NCBI GenBank assembly: GCA_004431415.1
Contig: QPMI01000099.1
Span: forward strand, 186,001-250,000
Direction of reading: 5' to 3'
Length of the DNA stretch: 64,000 nucleotides
Origin: Cyanophora paradoxa CCMP329
Lineage: Eukaryota > Plantae > Glaucophyta
Shown here in pieces: positions 1 through 13,900 of this stretch. How positions within the stretch are numbered: the first letter of the stretch is position 1; each line of letters opens with the position of its first letter. The position numbers were made by a program, and so were the translations under genes. The notes beneath the pieces are model-generated. The model was not told where the DNA came from. It ran no database searches and saw nothing but the letters and a program-made list of their open reading frames with translations.

Positions 1-665
1 GCCGGGCCCGACCCCGCCGTCCGACGGCTCGTGTGATGCGCCCGAGCCTCGGCTCGACGCCGAGCCGCGGCCGAGCCGACCTCCGAGCCCGAGCTCGGGT
101 CCGCCGCCGCGCTCGGGCCTGCCGCCCGACTCGCCTCGGCCGCCGCCGCCGCCGCCCCCGTCTTCGACGCCGCCCTCCTCTGCCTCGTTCGCGCTCCCGC
201 GGCCGCCGCCGCCGCCGCTTGAGGCGCCCCCGGCCGTCGGCCCGGCCTCGAGCCGGGGCCCGAGCCGCCGCGGCTCGAAGCCGAGCCGGCGCCGCGGCTC
301 GCGGCTCGGACCGGCTGCCCCTGCTCCTCCCCCACCTCTTCCTCCCCCTGGGGGCGCGGCAGCGGACCGCCCCGCCACGTCGCACGGACCTCGTCCCCCG
401 ATCCGCGCCCGCCCCGGGGCCGCAGCGCCCGCGGCGGCCGCCTATTCTCCCGCGGCGTCGGCTGGTAGTGCGCCTGGGTATAGAAAAGGCTCAGGAAAGG
501 AATGAGTTGGTAGGAATGGGTACAGCCGCGCTTCGTCGGAGGGGTACGCGCCTGGGAGAGGGTCGCGTCGTCGACGGGACGGCTGCTAGAGTGGAGAGCC
601 GGTTCGAATGCGGCCCCCGATTCCAGAGCCTGCGGGGGTAGCGTGAGCGGAGAAGCGGAAGGGGG

Positions 666-3217
666 CTACGGAAAACTCGCCTCGCGCGAGTCCTCGGGGA
701 TCTGCGGGGCCCAGAGGGGGGACGGCCAGTCCCCGCCCAGACCGCCCAGGGAAGAAGCGCGCCGGCGGGGCGACGAGGAGTACTGGGACGAGGAGGCCGC
801 CAGGGAAGAGACGGAGGGGATCCGAAGGGCGGGGGGTACCCGGCGGCCGCGGCCGGCTGCGGCGTTCGCGGCGCCCCAGCGGGGCCGGCCGCGGGGCGGG
901 GGTACGGGGGCGCGTCCGTTCGGGGCACGGGTAGAGGAAATGAAGGGCGCAAAGGGGTCCGCCGAGGCGGCCGGAGGGAAGGCGGCAGCTCGGTCCGGGC
1001 GGGGCGCGTCCCGCACGGGAGGTCCGAGGCCCGGGGGCGGCCTGAGGCGCGGGGGGGAGGCGGCGGCGGTGCCGGTACCCCCCGCGTCATCCTCAGAGAG
1101 ATCGCCGTCGCTCAGCTCGGAGGGGAACACTTTGCGGAGGGGTACAGGAGCGGGCGGGGGGCGGAGGCGGGGGGGGCCGCGGTCGGAGAGGGGGGCGCGG
1201 GAAGCGGGGGGTCCCCGCGGCCGGCCGCGAGGGGGGCGGAAGCCGGGGACGGATTCCGAGAGCTTTTGGGGGGGTACGGCTTGCCGCTGGGCGGCGGGAG
1301 GTGGGGAAGAGGGCTCCTCGCCCCTCCGGGCGGGCTTCTTCTTGGCCTGTGGCTTGCTCTGCGAGAAATCTTAGAGCCGAGGGGCTACGCGTTTCGCAAA
1401 TGCGGGGAGGGGGTACCGGCTTCTCCCACCAGGCCGGGGGCCCGTCGGGATCCGCGGCCGCCAGGGGCTCATCCTCCTGCGCCGAGAACATCAGAAAGAT
1501 AGGAGAAGAAAGGGCCTGGCGGGATTCGAACCGGATCTTCGCGCAGGAGCCCGGCGATGGCCGCGCGGCACGCGTCCAGCACCTGTACCCCGGCTGAGCC
1601 GCGTCCGGCGCTCGGGGGGTTGCGCAAACCTCGAAGGGATCGTCTCCGGCCTTGGGCCGGGGCCAAAAAGGGATGCGCCCGCGGGCGCCGCCCTTGGGGC
1701 CCCCCTCGGGGCCGACGGCGGCGCCGGGCTCGGGCGCGGGGGGCAGGGGCGGCGTGGGCGGGGCGCCCGGCACGTCGGGGATGGGCCCGCGGCCGGCCCG
1801 AGCCGCAGCGACGATGCCGTCCACAAACCTGCGGGCCGCCCCGTCAGCCGGGGGGCCGGCGGGTTGCCGGACTCTCCAGCGGACCTCTGAAGGTTGTCCA
1901 CGTCGGCCTGCGTCGCCTTGGCGCCCGCTGCGCCCCGGGGCAAAGTGAGACAGCGGCCGGCCGAGCCCGCCCCGCCGCTTCGAGCGGACCGAGGTCGCCG
2001 GCGCGGAGGAAGGTTCGAAGGCGCGCGAGGGCGGCGCCCCGCCGCACGCCCGCCGCCAGCAGCCGATCCTCCGCCTTCTTCAGCCGCTGGGCCTGCCGCG
2101 GCGTGAGGCGGGGGGCGAGGGCAGGGCGCGGGGGGTACGAGGCGCGCCTCCTCGAAGTTCTCGCCCCCCGCGGCGCGCTCCTTGGCCGCCCGGACCTCGT
2201 GCAGGAGGGGTACGACGTACGTGTCCAGCCCGATCGGGTCGTCCCGCGGCGCCCGCAGCGGCGGCTGCGCCGCGGCGCGCGAGTCAAGAGAAGAACGCGA
2301 GCGGGGGGAGAAGGGGCGGGGTATCACGTTTTCGGGCTCGAGGGCGTGGGGCCCCGCCAGCCTCCGCTCCTCCGAGACCAGGGCGGGGCCGCCCGGGGGT
2401 ACGGCGATCTCCGGGGGCGCCCCGAGCCCGTACTCGTCGCGGATCGGCTCGCCGAAGAGCGTTGCCCGCACGACGGAGACCTGCGTACCCCCCCCCCCCG
2501 CGTCGGCCCGCGCCCCGTCCCGCCCCTGTACCCCCCGGACCTGCTGGTGGAGGTTGAAGCGGTTCAGGAAGCAGCGGTGCAGCGATAGGCGAAGGGCGTC
2601 GCAGACTGTCTCAAAGTAGACCGTCTGAGGCGCGAGGGCGGGGCGCGGGGCGCGGTTAGAGGGGCGAGCGAGCGAATCGGCGATTCGGGCGGGGCGGGGA
2701 AGAGCGCGCCTTCAGCTCGCGGGAGACGTGGAGCGTGTCCTCGTTCGACGCACACGGAAAAAAGCCTGCGGCGGCGCGGGAGGTCGGCCAGGAGAGGACA
2801 GGATGCGCGCGCCGCGCTCGCGGCGGGCGGGCGTGCGGTCAAGTGCGGCCGCACCGACGCGGGACCAGTTCATCCGGCGGTTGCCGTCGGGGAGGTACGT
2901 CCATCGCCCCGCAAAGATCTCGCAGCGCTCCGGGATGCGCGTCTCGTGCAGAAGGAGCCGCATGGCCGTCACGCGCGAGAGCTCCTCGAACGAGAAGAGA
3001 AGCTCCTGCGGGTAGCCGCAGAGGCGCTGCGGCGGCGCGCTGAGAGCCCGCGCGGAGCAGAGGCCCACGAGTGCCGCACCTCGCTTGTCCATCCCGTCGG
3101 GCGCCCTAGGTCCCGCCGCTGGCCGACGGCAAGCGGGAGGGGGAGCTGCTGGAGCCCGCCGCACTCCTCGGGGTCCTCGCTCGAGGCCGACACATCGTAC
3201 TGCAGCTTCTGCGGCAT
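666..3217 (-). CDS. CEP104-N-terminal-domain-like protein (jelly-roll domain plus coiled coil, then Pro/acidic low-complexity tail); multi-exon, 3' end uncertain
   Basis: Spliced exons 3217-3080, 3026-2855, 2765-2710, 2624-2541, 2480-... read MPQKLQYDVSASSED...GWTSE/RLCGYPQELLFSFEELSRVTAMRLLLHETRIPERCEIF...WSRV/GFFPCASNEDTLHVSRELK/TVYFETVCDALRLSLHRCFLNRFNLHQQ/VSVVRATLFG. This is colinear with my recollection of the CEP104 N-terminus (GWxS.RFCQFPQE...ARELKSV...NxYNQV). It is followed by EVRAAKERAAGGENFEEARL, like the CEP104 coiled coil. No TOG domain is seen, so it is probably a paralog. Confidence 0.75.
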
Positions 3218-4148
3218 GGCGGCCTACGGGCCGCGCTGCATGGCACCCCGTGCACCGTGCTGAAAGTTTGCTGCTTGCCGCTCTAGCTACGAGCCTCGCG
3301 TGGGGCCCAAGGCCGCTCGCATCACTCAGCAGCTTGCTATCAGCTCAGAGAGGGAGATGAGAGCGCTAGAGAGAGAACAGCTCGCTGCGCGCCGCTAAAA
3401 GCACAGCGAGAACAAGCACCGCTGGTTTCTCGTCTCCCAGCTCTCTCAATATAAGTTCGAGGCCTCAAGACGCGCCCGATTGAGACGCGCTGCTGAGCGG
3501 CTGCTCGGACGAGGGGGTACAAGCGAGACTGTGTTCGGCGCAGTAGTTTCTCGCGTCTTCAGCAGCGCGCATGTGCACAGCCTGTGGCGTCGCGGCCCGA
3601 CTCGCGGGGGGCAAGCGAGTCGCTGCAACCGCTGACTCGGCGCTGAGCCTGCGCAGGCATTCTAGACCCGCAGGCCTAGGCCCGCGCCGTCGTCATCGCC
3701 GAGCCCTCGAGCTCTCGCACAACGTGCACCCGTCCGACGGTCACGTGCACGTGCACGGCGCCGGCGTCCGGAGGAGCGCGAAGGGCTGAGCTCGATCGCG
3801 AGCTCGAGGCTCGCGCGCGATCGAGGATCCGGAGCCGCGGCCGCGTGACAGCGCGAATTCGAAGCGCGAATTATAACGAGATCTAGCGTCGGCGGCCGCG
3901 TCTCCAAGTCCACGGGCACCTCAACCATGCACGGGCTACGTATATATACTGCACATGTACATGCGCGAGATCTAGATCTAGATCTCGATGGTGCTCTCCG
4001 GCGAGCCGCTCGAGGCGGCCGCGCCCTCAAGACCTTCGTACACGTGGTGCAAGCCGCGGGCGCCCGCAAGCGCGCTGCGGCCGCGATGGCGGCCGAGGCT
4101 GCCAAGAAGGCGCGGGAGGAGGCCCCGCCAAGGCCCCCCCCCCGCCCG

Positions 4149-4288
4149 TCGACGCCAACGTTAACCCCCTAGGCCTCCCCCCCCCCTCCTCCTCCCCCCC
4201 CCCACCCGCCCCTCTCCCCCCGTAAGCGTGCGAGCCCAGGCCTAGGCCCAGCCCACGCCCCTCACACCCCTGGCCCCCCGGCCCACGC

Positions 4289-4319
<31 letters not shown>

Positions 4320-4446
4320 GCTCCGCCCGCCCGACCCCCCCCCCCCTCTCGGCGGGACCCCATCAATCCCCTCCCCATGTCAACACAAGCCCCGGGCTCA
4401 AGGCCCGGCCGTCTAACGCCAACGTTAACCCCCTATAGCTAGGCCG
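4149..4446. repeat. Short direct repeat (acgccaacgttaacccccta) flanking a poly-C-rich segment
   Basis: Copies at ~4152-4171 and ~4416-4435. The second copy carries a cta-tag-cta insertion before ggcc. Confidence 0.5.
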
Positions 4447-4983
4447 TAGTGCTCACCGCAACTGGCAGTGACAGAGATAACAATATTAATATATATTAAT
4501 TGCAACGCAGTGCACGTGAGTGGCATTTAAGATCTAGATCTAGATCTAGATCTTAATTATAATCTTGTGGTCGAAATTTAAACCTGCATGCGCAGCTGGA
4601 GTTTCAATCGCCTATATTGCTAGACATCACATTACATCAAATATGTATGTTGTGTACGCACCAACGGCCGCGCGCGGGCTGGAAGGCCTAGGGGTCGTCA
4701 CGGCGTGCACCTGGGTCCCATGGCCATGCATATATGCGGCGCCGGCCGAGGCCAGCCGTGAGGTGGCCGTGGTGGGTTGCGATCGGAGGTGATACGTGAT
4801 CACGAGGGCGAGGAGGATTCTGGGGCTGCAAGTGCGCGCTCGCGTGCGGTGAATTCGAAGGCATACTACTATGATATTTTGCATTCTGCACTCCGAGGCT
4901 CGGTCTGCTTTTGATCTAAATATCTGGATGTAGTCGAGGTACTGGAATCGAATCTTTTCAGATCTAGCTACCTAATTATAAGC

Positions 4984-7900
4984 TTAAAGCATGGACACGC
5001 GGACAGTTGCAGCCTGTTCTGCTGCGCGGAGGGCCTGTTCGGCCGGAGGTCTAAACACCGATATGGATGGATACTGATCATGAGGATCGAGATCGGCCAG
5101 AAGAGATAGTGGGGCCCGGTTGCCGGCCGCGGGGGCAGCCGGATCCGAGCCGGATCCGGATCCGGGAAATAATGTCCACTCCCCGCTTTGGCGTATGCTT
5201 TCCATCGTTATCGATGCGGAGGAATTCGAAGGCATTTCCGAGCTCGAGCGAACGCCCGACCACTTGCCGTCTCCAGGGGCATCCTTTGGATCCGGATTCG
5301 GATTCGCACCATCGTCGCTGATCGAAAACTTGAACCCAAACTTGCGCTGCGATTGCGGAGAAGAAGAAGAAGAAGAAGAAGAAGAAAGTCAGCGCGGAAA
5401 TCGTGTGGACGCCAGCGCCGCATTCACTTCAGCTTAAGCTTAAGCTTAAGCTAAATTTGCCGACTCTCTTTAAATTTAGTTTGGCGCTTTGCCAAGTTTG
5501 CCGACTCGCCTGGAGGAGGCCCCGGACGAGGAAGAAGGCGGCGAGGGCCTGGCCGCCGGCTCCGAAGGCGGCCGACGCGAGGGACACGATGTCGGCGATC
5601 GTGCTCAGGACCGTGGCCCGGACCTTGCGCTCCACCAGCAGGTACACCTAAGGCGATATAAGAATGAGTTAAGGCTTGCGCTCCCGCGAATATATGTTTA
5701 ATTATAAGGTCCACCAGGAGGTACACCTGCGTGCACGTGGTCGCGATCGCGTTTAGCTATAGGGCCCGCCCGGCTCCTCTCGCCGCGAATATATGATTTT
5801 CGTACGTTCAGGGCCCGAGCTGCTCTAGATCTCGCCGCGGATATATATATTTAAGGCCATTTTTTGGCCGACCTGCGAAACTTTGAAGTTGACGCCGAAG
5901 GAGACGAGCTCGTCGGGGCACGCCGAGATGGACCGCGCCGGGGGGCAGAGGGCCTGAGCTCAGAGTTTCAGAATCAGAACGCGCTTCAAACACATATGAC
6001 TTCAAACTCATGCATGGCGCGCGTGCGGATGCCATGCTAGGACCGAGAGGAGCTCTAATTTGTAAGCTCAAGCTATTAAGATCAAAGGCTTGCGCACGAA
6101 GTCGCGGGCGGTGCGCTGGCCAGACTCTGTGTCCGAGGAGGAGACGGCCGCGAAGTAGCGCGCGGTCCCGTCCTGCTCCGACGTGAAGTGCATCGGCGTC
6201 TGCGCGCGAAGTTCGCCCGGCGACTCGCGATCGCTTGCAATTGGGAGTAAAGATAGATATTTCATTCAAGATCAGAGAATTATTCACTTATACCATAGCT
6301 AAAGCCATATTTGGCTATTCACAATTTATCAACATCAACTAGGCGGGAAACCGCGCACCAGGTCGACGGGGATGACGAGGGGCCGCGAGCCGCGGAACAC
6401 GGCGTCGTCCAGGGACGGGGAGACTATGCCCTTCACCGTTATGTACTCGGGAATCTGCGCGATGCGATTAAAAAGGATAAGCTTACGATTCAGTTAAGCT
6501 TCTATTTGTGCAAAGCACCCATATTGCATAGCTAATTAATATTGCGCATCAGAAGTGAACCGGATCGGACCTTCATGGCGTAGCTGACGGAGACGGCCAT
6601 CGCGAGGCGGGAGACGAGGTAGAGCCGCACGAAGGCGCCGTCGTCCGCTGTGATGCGGCAGTCCGCGCAGCTCCACGTGACCCTGCGGCGGGCCGGGCCG
6701 GGCCGGGTTCGACGATCAGCAGAGGCTGCAGCTGCGAACTACAGCCGAGAGATGGAACGCCGCGGCGCGCCGCGCACGTGCAGATACGGCTCGACGTTCG
6801 GTTCACCCGGAGGACCTGTACATACAAGCTCGAAACTAAATATGCTTCCAGGAAACTAAAGATTACAGAAGCCGGAGTGAAACTAAAGCTTGTTAGGAAA
6901 CTAAAGATTACAGAAACTAAATATGCTTCCAGGAAACTAAAGATTACAGGCGCCGGAGTCGACGTACCTGCTGCCCACCGAACCCGGAGCTGTTGTACCT
7001 CGCGTCGTTCTCGCCGCAGTCGCCGCCGTAGCCGCGGAACGCGGCGGCGACGACGAAGACGCCCCGGATGTCGCTCGCGGAGGGCGAGGTGCCGGGGTTC
7101 CTGTACACGTACGGGCGAGCGTCCGTCAGCTATAGCTTTAAATTTATGCCGGCGCGAACCACAGATTAATATTGAACGCACAGGGATTGAACGATGGTAA
7201 AGTTTGCAAGGCCGAATTGCACCACCACAAACAGCACTGCAGCAAGAAGTCATGATGCAGCAAGAAGTCATGATTGCGATCATATGCATTGACGTCGACC
7301 ATATATATCGGTGCGAAAACGCGCGCGGGGTCACCTGCGACGGCGACGCCGGCGATGCCGACGATCGAAAAGAACGCTCCGGGGACGGTGCGGGGCGGAT
7401 CTGCTGGCCCTTCTTTGCCCTCGGCAGCGGCGCCGGCGCCTTTGGTGTCCGGAGCTGCGTTCGAGGCGTCCGCGTTCGGCTGGTTCGAATCCGGCTCTTC
7501 CGGTTGTATGTCTGCACACCCAGTCAGCCAAACGAGAGGCGGATCGGACGCGTACAGAACACGAAGAAATCGCGCGCCGTCGTAGAAAATGTGCAGGCGC
7601 TGGATCAAGCGGAAGCGCCTCGCGCGGGCCTCGGGCGTGGCGGCGGGGATGAGGCGGATGTACACAAACATGCAGAGTCCGATGATGGCCGCTAGGCCGC
7701 CCACGCCCATCAGGATGTTCAGGAATAGGCGGTTCACCCTGTCGAGCGTCTCTTCCTCCGTCAAGACGGTGGACTGCGCGACCGTCACGTTGTTCTGGCC
7801 GAATACCAGCTCCTGGCTTTCCATCGGGCCCGCGTTCGCGTCGCTCGCCAGGAGGCGCCTCGTCTTCCGGCTCGGCCCCAGTCCGAGTCCGAGAAGCCAG

Positions 7901-10900
7901 CGCCGCCCGCTCGATACTTGAGCGGAGCTGGCGCCGGCGTCTTCGAGCTCCGCACTTGTTCGCAGAGCCAGATCGATGGGATCGGACGTGGCTGCGAAGG
8001 TGCGCGCGCACGGTGAGAACTTTCGGAACGGGTAGGCGGCCTGTCGTCCCGCAAGTGGTTTAAAATTTTGTTATGAGGACTGAACGCACCGACAGGGCAG
8101 AGCATGCCGGCGGGGCACTCGGCGCAGGCGGCGCTGCCAAAGGCCGGCGCGAACGTGCCGAAAGGACACGGCTCGCAGACCTGGAGTCACGTTGCAGTTG
8201 CGACAAATAAACTGAAGTGCGCGAATATTAATCGCGCGCGGCGTCGACGCGCACCAGCATGGACGAGTTTCTGTATGTCCCCGGAGGGCAGTTCGAGCAC
8301 TCGACGCCCGACTCACTGACGGTCCCGGCGCGGCACTCCGAGCAGTTCTTGGCAGCCGTGCCCGAGACGAAGTTTGTGGCGCAGCTGCGATCGCGAGAGC
8401 CCAGGTCATCGAAATCATGGGATGAGGTGCATGGCTGACTGTATAGACGTAGCGAAATTAAAGCGTACCGGAGACACTCGCCGTTGGACTCGTATGTTCC
8501 CGCTTTGCATGCTTCACAGCGCTCCCGTCCTGAGTCTGCAATGTGCCCAGCCGGACAGGCCTACAGCGGATCCGGATTTGCGGTTTGTTTGCTTCGAGAA
8601 GTCGATTTCTAATAATGTAAAGCACCTGACATGAGGCCATTCCCGGCAGCGGGGCGATCTGATTCGCCGCGCAAAAGCGGCACACCGTACCCCCGTACGG
8701 CACCCGACCCGTACCGCAAGCTGCGATCATGAGCCGCTCAGGCGAGTTTCATGAAACGCAAATTGAACGCCAAATGCGCCAACCAACGCAATCGATTCTG
8801 CGGTCCAAGCCGAGCGCAATCACGGATCAGGGCGATATTGATCGAGGGGTGCGGTAAGCTCTGTTGACGGGGTATTCGCACCGGTCGTCCCTTGGCACGT
8901 GGCCTGCAGGACTGATAGAAAGATATGAGCGAAAAGCAATCAAGTGCGGATGCGCAAAAGAACTCCTTTAACTTAGTAACGGCATGCGCACCAGATCGCG
9001 CATTGGGCAGATCCGAAGTCCCGTGCAACCGTCCCCTGCGGAGCAATTTTAGATCGATATCACAGGAGCAAGATGCCTAAAAGCTTCGGATATTGCGATT
9101 GCACGTCCACTGCACGCACCGCTGGACATGAGAGGCAGCTCTGCATGGAGGCGTTCCTAGCTGTGCCGGGTGGGCAGATCTGCACGCAAGGCCTCAAGGC
9201 CTGCACGCAAGGATTTATATTATCGCAGAAGCTTAGAGGCCGCACCGTACAGCTCGTGCGATCATTGGAAGCCGAGTATCCGAGGTCGCACTTCTTGCAT
9301 GCAAACGCCTGACCCGCCTCTGCAGCGTACGTGCTTGGAGGGCACTGCGAACACAAATATTCAATAATAGTATTCAGACACAAAAGAACAGAGAGAACGC
9401 GTTGAATCGATATCAATGACGCGCCTGCTCGCATATTTCGCTCCCGTTTCGCATGTACGTGCCCGGAGCACAAGGGTCACACCTAGTGCTGCAGCCGCGA
9501 CTTCAGCCGCCCTGCAGATGAGAGAGCCATTGCAGGAGAGCTCTTGCCTGTCACTCGCGGGCGTACTGCCGACGGGGCAGCGCTGGCACGATCCGTACTG
9601 CTTCCTCGGCGCGTACGTCCCCTGCGGCGCGTTCAGATGCATATGGTCGGGATCGACGGCTCTGACGCGGCCAGATACAGCCGACCGGTCTACAGGACAG
9701 GCAGAGGTCCTGGTTCTCGGGTTGGAAGGTGCCAGCGGCGCATTCGATGCAGCGGGTCCGGTCCCCGCTCGAAATTGTGCCGTTTGGACACTTCTCGCAG
9801 GAAGAAGACTGCGCCAACGGGGCGATCGTCCCCTGCGCGAAAAACGAGTTTTATTCGCATTTGGAGGGCGAGACAGTGACAATGGCATACGCTTGGGCAA
9901 GACCAGCAGGAGCCGTCTTCTTCATAGGTGCCACGTGGGCAGGCTCTGCGCTCGGGCAGAATTCGAATTGCCGTGAGATCGGCTCAAAATACCGATAAAA
10001 TGATCGCACCGGCACTCTGTGCGGTCGTCCGAAGACTGGGTTCCACGCTCGCTGGCGAGGGCAGCGCTTAAGACAGGCGGGAACTGCAAAGGACCTGCGG
10101 GCGAACCAGGGTGTGCAGCGTGTCGCCCCCGCCGCTGGCGTGTAGGTGCGGAATGGGCACTGGAAATCGTGAAGGTGTCAGCCTTAGTCTTAGTAGTAAC
10201 CGATTCACAGAAGCACAGGAGACGTGCCATTGAACACGATGTCATGTTGTCAGTCCGGTAGCTGCCTTGGGGGCAGGGCTGCAGGGCGCCATGATTTTGA
10301 CCGGAGAAGAGCAGTTTGATGGGGAGGGAAAATGCACGATGCAATTCTGGCGGTCCTGGCTTGCCGTGTAGCCGGCGGGACAGACTGTGCATCTGCGCGC
10401 AAGCAGATCGGATCCAGAGAGCAATATTTCAAGTGTGCCGCGACAAGGCGGTGGACAAAGCGCACGTAGTGGCGCCCGTTTCGGGTGTGACCGTGTTCGC
10501 CGGGCACTCGTAGCAAACCCTGTCCTTTTCGTAGAAACCGGACTTCTCCGACGTACGAAGGAATCAGGTCAGACTAGGCCATTATCGCTCGTAATTTTTC
10601 GTATTCGTAATTATGCCAGACGACGCCCGACAATATTTTAATGTCGCGTTGCAGGCTTATAATTAGGACTGCAAGGAGGCCACCTTGCAGGGCTCGCAGC
10701 CCGTTCGGTCGGGAGTCGAGATGTAGCCCGCCGGGCACGCCCTGCAATATTAAATGACGCGCGCGATGTCGACATTTAGCTGAGCTTAGAGCAGACGTCG
10801 ACGGGAAATAAAAGAGGCGGACCGACAGCTCGCGGCGCCACCCGAGCTGTAGGCGCCTTGCGGACAGAACGCGCACTCGCCCATTGCTGCGGACCGGTAG

Positions 10901-13900
10901 AAGCCTGCACAGAGACGGGGTGCCCGGTCAGCGGCCCAGGTTGTCCATTCACGCGGTTGGTTTCGCACCGGGCAGGCAGTAGTCGCAGTTCTCCTTGTTC
11001 GCGCTCGCAACGCTCCCAGGTGGGCTGCACGCGTATGTCGATCAGCTGCCATGATTAACCACGACGTGCTCTCATCAGTGGCGCACCATGGGGTGCACGA
11101 GGTCGCGGCGACCTCCGGGTTTATCGTGTTTCCTGCGCGGCGAAGCGCAATCACGAAAGGGAAACGATGGATTCTGCTAAAGACATGCGACGAGGTGACC
11201 TGCGCAGGGTCGGCAGACCCGGTTGCTCTCGTACGCGCCCTTTCCACACGGCATGCATTCGTCGCTCGCTGGGTTGGGCACCGTCCCCGTCGCGCAGATG
11301 ACGTAGCTCGAACTCGCTGCACCACGATCCGATCAGGGTACGGTTCGAACAGCGGAAACTTTTCAACGCCGCGGCCGCGCACCCGCTGGGGCGATGGCGC
11401 CCATGGGGACGGAAATGCAGGAAACCATGTCGGCGGATCGGTACGTTCCGCTCATGCACGCTGCGGGATCATACAATTAGTTTAAGATCTTCAGCCGATT
11501 GTTGCAGAGCCGCGAAAACAAATCCACGCACGGATACACGTCTGGCTGTCTGCTGAGGAGGCGAAGCCGGCTGCGAATCTTGCGTATCGGACGATCGGAA
11601 AAGTGCGTAGTAGAGTCTGGAAACGCACGCTGGCAGGCGATGCAGGCAGAGCTCCCAGCGGTGGGCGCGACGTAGTTAATCGGGCACCACTCGCAGGACT
11701 CGCCCCGCTGGAAAGTGCCTGCAAAAATGAAGGAGATCACATCTCTTTCCCGTGATCGATTAGCACGGAAGAAGTCAAGGCGAAAGCCACCTTTGGGACA
11801 AGCCTGGCAGATGCTCTTTCCAACGGCGGGAATAAAACCCTATGAACAATCAAAATTATCAGTGCGAGCACGAGGCAAGTAAAGGCGCGCGCAGGACGCA
11901 CGTCGGCGCAGCTCTCATAAATGGACGATCCAAGCAGCGCCGCGCTCCGGTCAGGAACGGGCATGCAGGACGTCATTCCGAAGGAACGGTACGTCCCTGT
12001 GCGGGAAAAGGTGCTTGGCTGAGCAGGCGCGGAAGAATTAGCCGAGGATTGGGATACCTGGACTGCACGCTACACAGGTCTGCGCGTCCGAGGCGGCGAC
12101 TGTGCCTTCCCTGCACGGGGTACAGGCCGTGGCGCCAGGGGCTCCAGAAACATAGTTCAAGGGGCACCTGCGCCGGAAAATCAAAAAACACTCGCACATG
12201 AAGTGTCCGGCTGGGTCTGGGACCGGGCGCAGCGACGATTGCACGCACCGCTCGCACGTGCTCCCCGCGTCGTACGAACCAGGAAGGCACTCGACGCACT
12301 GAGCCCGCGCCGTGTCCGGTACCGATCCAGCGGTGCAGACAGTGAAGTTGGACGATCTTGGCAATGCGACCGCGCGGCTGGGCACGTTGATGCACACCAG
12401 ATCGCCCGGGCCCCTGTAAGTCCCTGCAAGGCGGCTCGCTCTTGTAACCAATGTAAAATATAAATATAAATATATAGCTGGTCGCAACTCGCCTGCGGGG
12501 CAAGGGACGCAGGACTGCTGGTCGTCGGCCGGGACCATCCCCAGGGGGCACGGCAGACACTCGACGCTGCCGCCCGAAGCAGAGAACATCGCCGCCGGGC
12601 ACCGCTCGCAGACGTCGTTCCTCTGGTACGTGCCTGCGGCGATCGACGGGTCGGCGCGCGCAGCGGAGACGAGTTGAAAGAATATCGATATATATCACAC
12701 CGGCTTGGCACTCCACACACTCGCTCCTGGCGTTGTTGGCAACCCACCCCGCACTGCAGTTTATGTATGTCGCGGCGCCTTGAAGCGCCACGGTGCGCTC
12801 CGGGACAGCCATGCAATTCGACATGTTTTCCGAGCGATACGTCCCTGTTCAATTTAAATTTGTAAGAATTGAGCACGCAGCTCAAAATTTTCCGCGAATT
12901 AGAAACGACAAAGGCGGATCGGTCCGGACCTGAGCTGCACTTGACACAGGTCTGCGAGTCGGCAGCCGCAACGGACCCTGCAGCGCAGGGCGTGCAAGCA
13001 GTGGACGCAGGCAGGCTCGATACGTGATTCAGAGGGCATCTGCACGCAGGTCGAATCGTACAGAGCTGACGCAATCAAAGTGAAATGCACCGCTCGCAGA
13101 TGCCACCGGCGTCATAGGTCCCTGGGCGGCACTCCAGGCACGACTGCGCGGGGGATTGCGATCAGGACGCGGCGAGCGATTCGAGAAACCACAGCGAATG
13201 CATATGCCTCGAGGTCCGCGGCCGCGACGGTCCCGTTCGAGCAAGGAGTGCAGCTCGTCGATGCGGGACTGCTGCTGATGGAGTTGCGAGGACACCTGCA
13301 CGCGCGGGGCGCCGGTGAGATATCGATATATATATCGACGGCGCTTCATCGAATCTCGCGTGCAGCAGACCTCTCGCAACGCTCCCGGAGCTGGTACGTG
13401 CCTGAGCGGAGAATGGATTAAATATCCGTGCCTCCATGAAACTTGCAAATGCGAGCGCACCGGCGGAACAAGGGAGGCACTCCATTTTCGATCCAGAGGG
13501 GACGTGCCCCGGGGCGCACAACGTATAGTTCGACGCGCCTGCGAGCGCAACGCTGCCGGGCGGCACTGGGATGCAAGAAATCATGTCGTCGGATCGGTAG
13601 CTCCCCGCCCCGCACGGGAGACATGTCTGCCTTTTTAATTAGGGGAAGCTGAATTTCGTTGACCAACGCATGCGGCAGTTCATCGCACCTGGGAGTCTGA
13701 TGCGCTGACGTAGCCGGCGGGGCAGGCCTCACAAGAGAGCGAGCGGGGCACGCTCGACACGCGGTTCAAAGGACAGCTGCGAATTCGAAGCCGCATCCCG
13801 ATCAGTGTCATGGAACGCTCGTGCGGGCCATGCCACTCGGAAATCGGGAACAATTTCAAGCGTGCTTGCCGGACGCAGGTCGTCGTGTTCGCTTCGAAGT

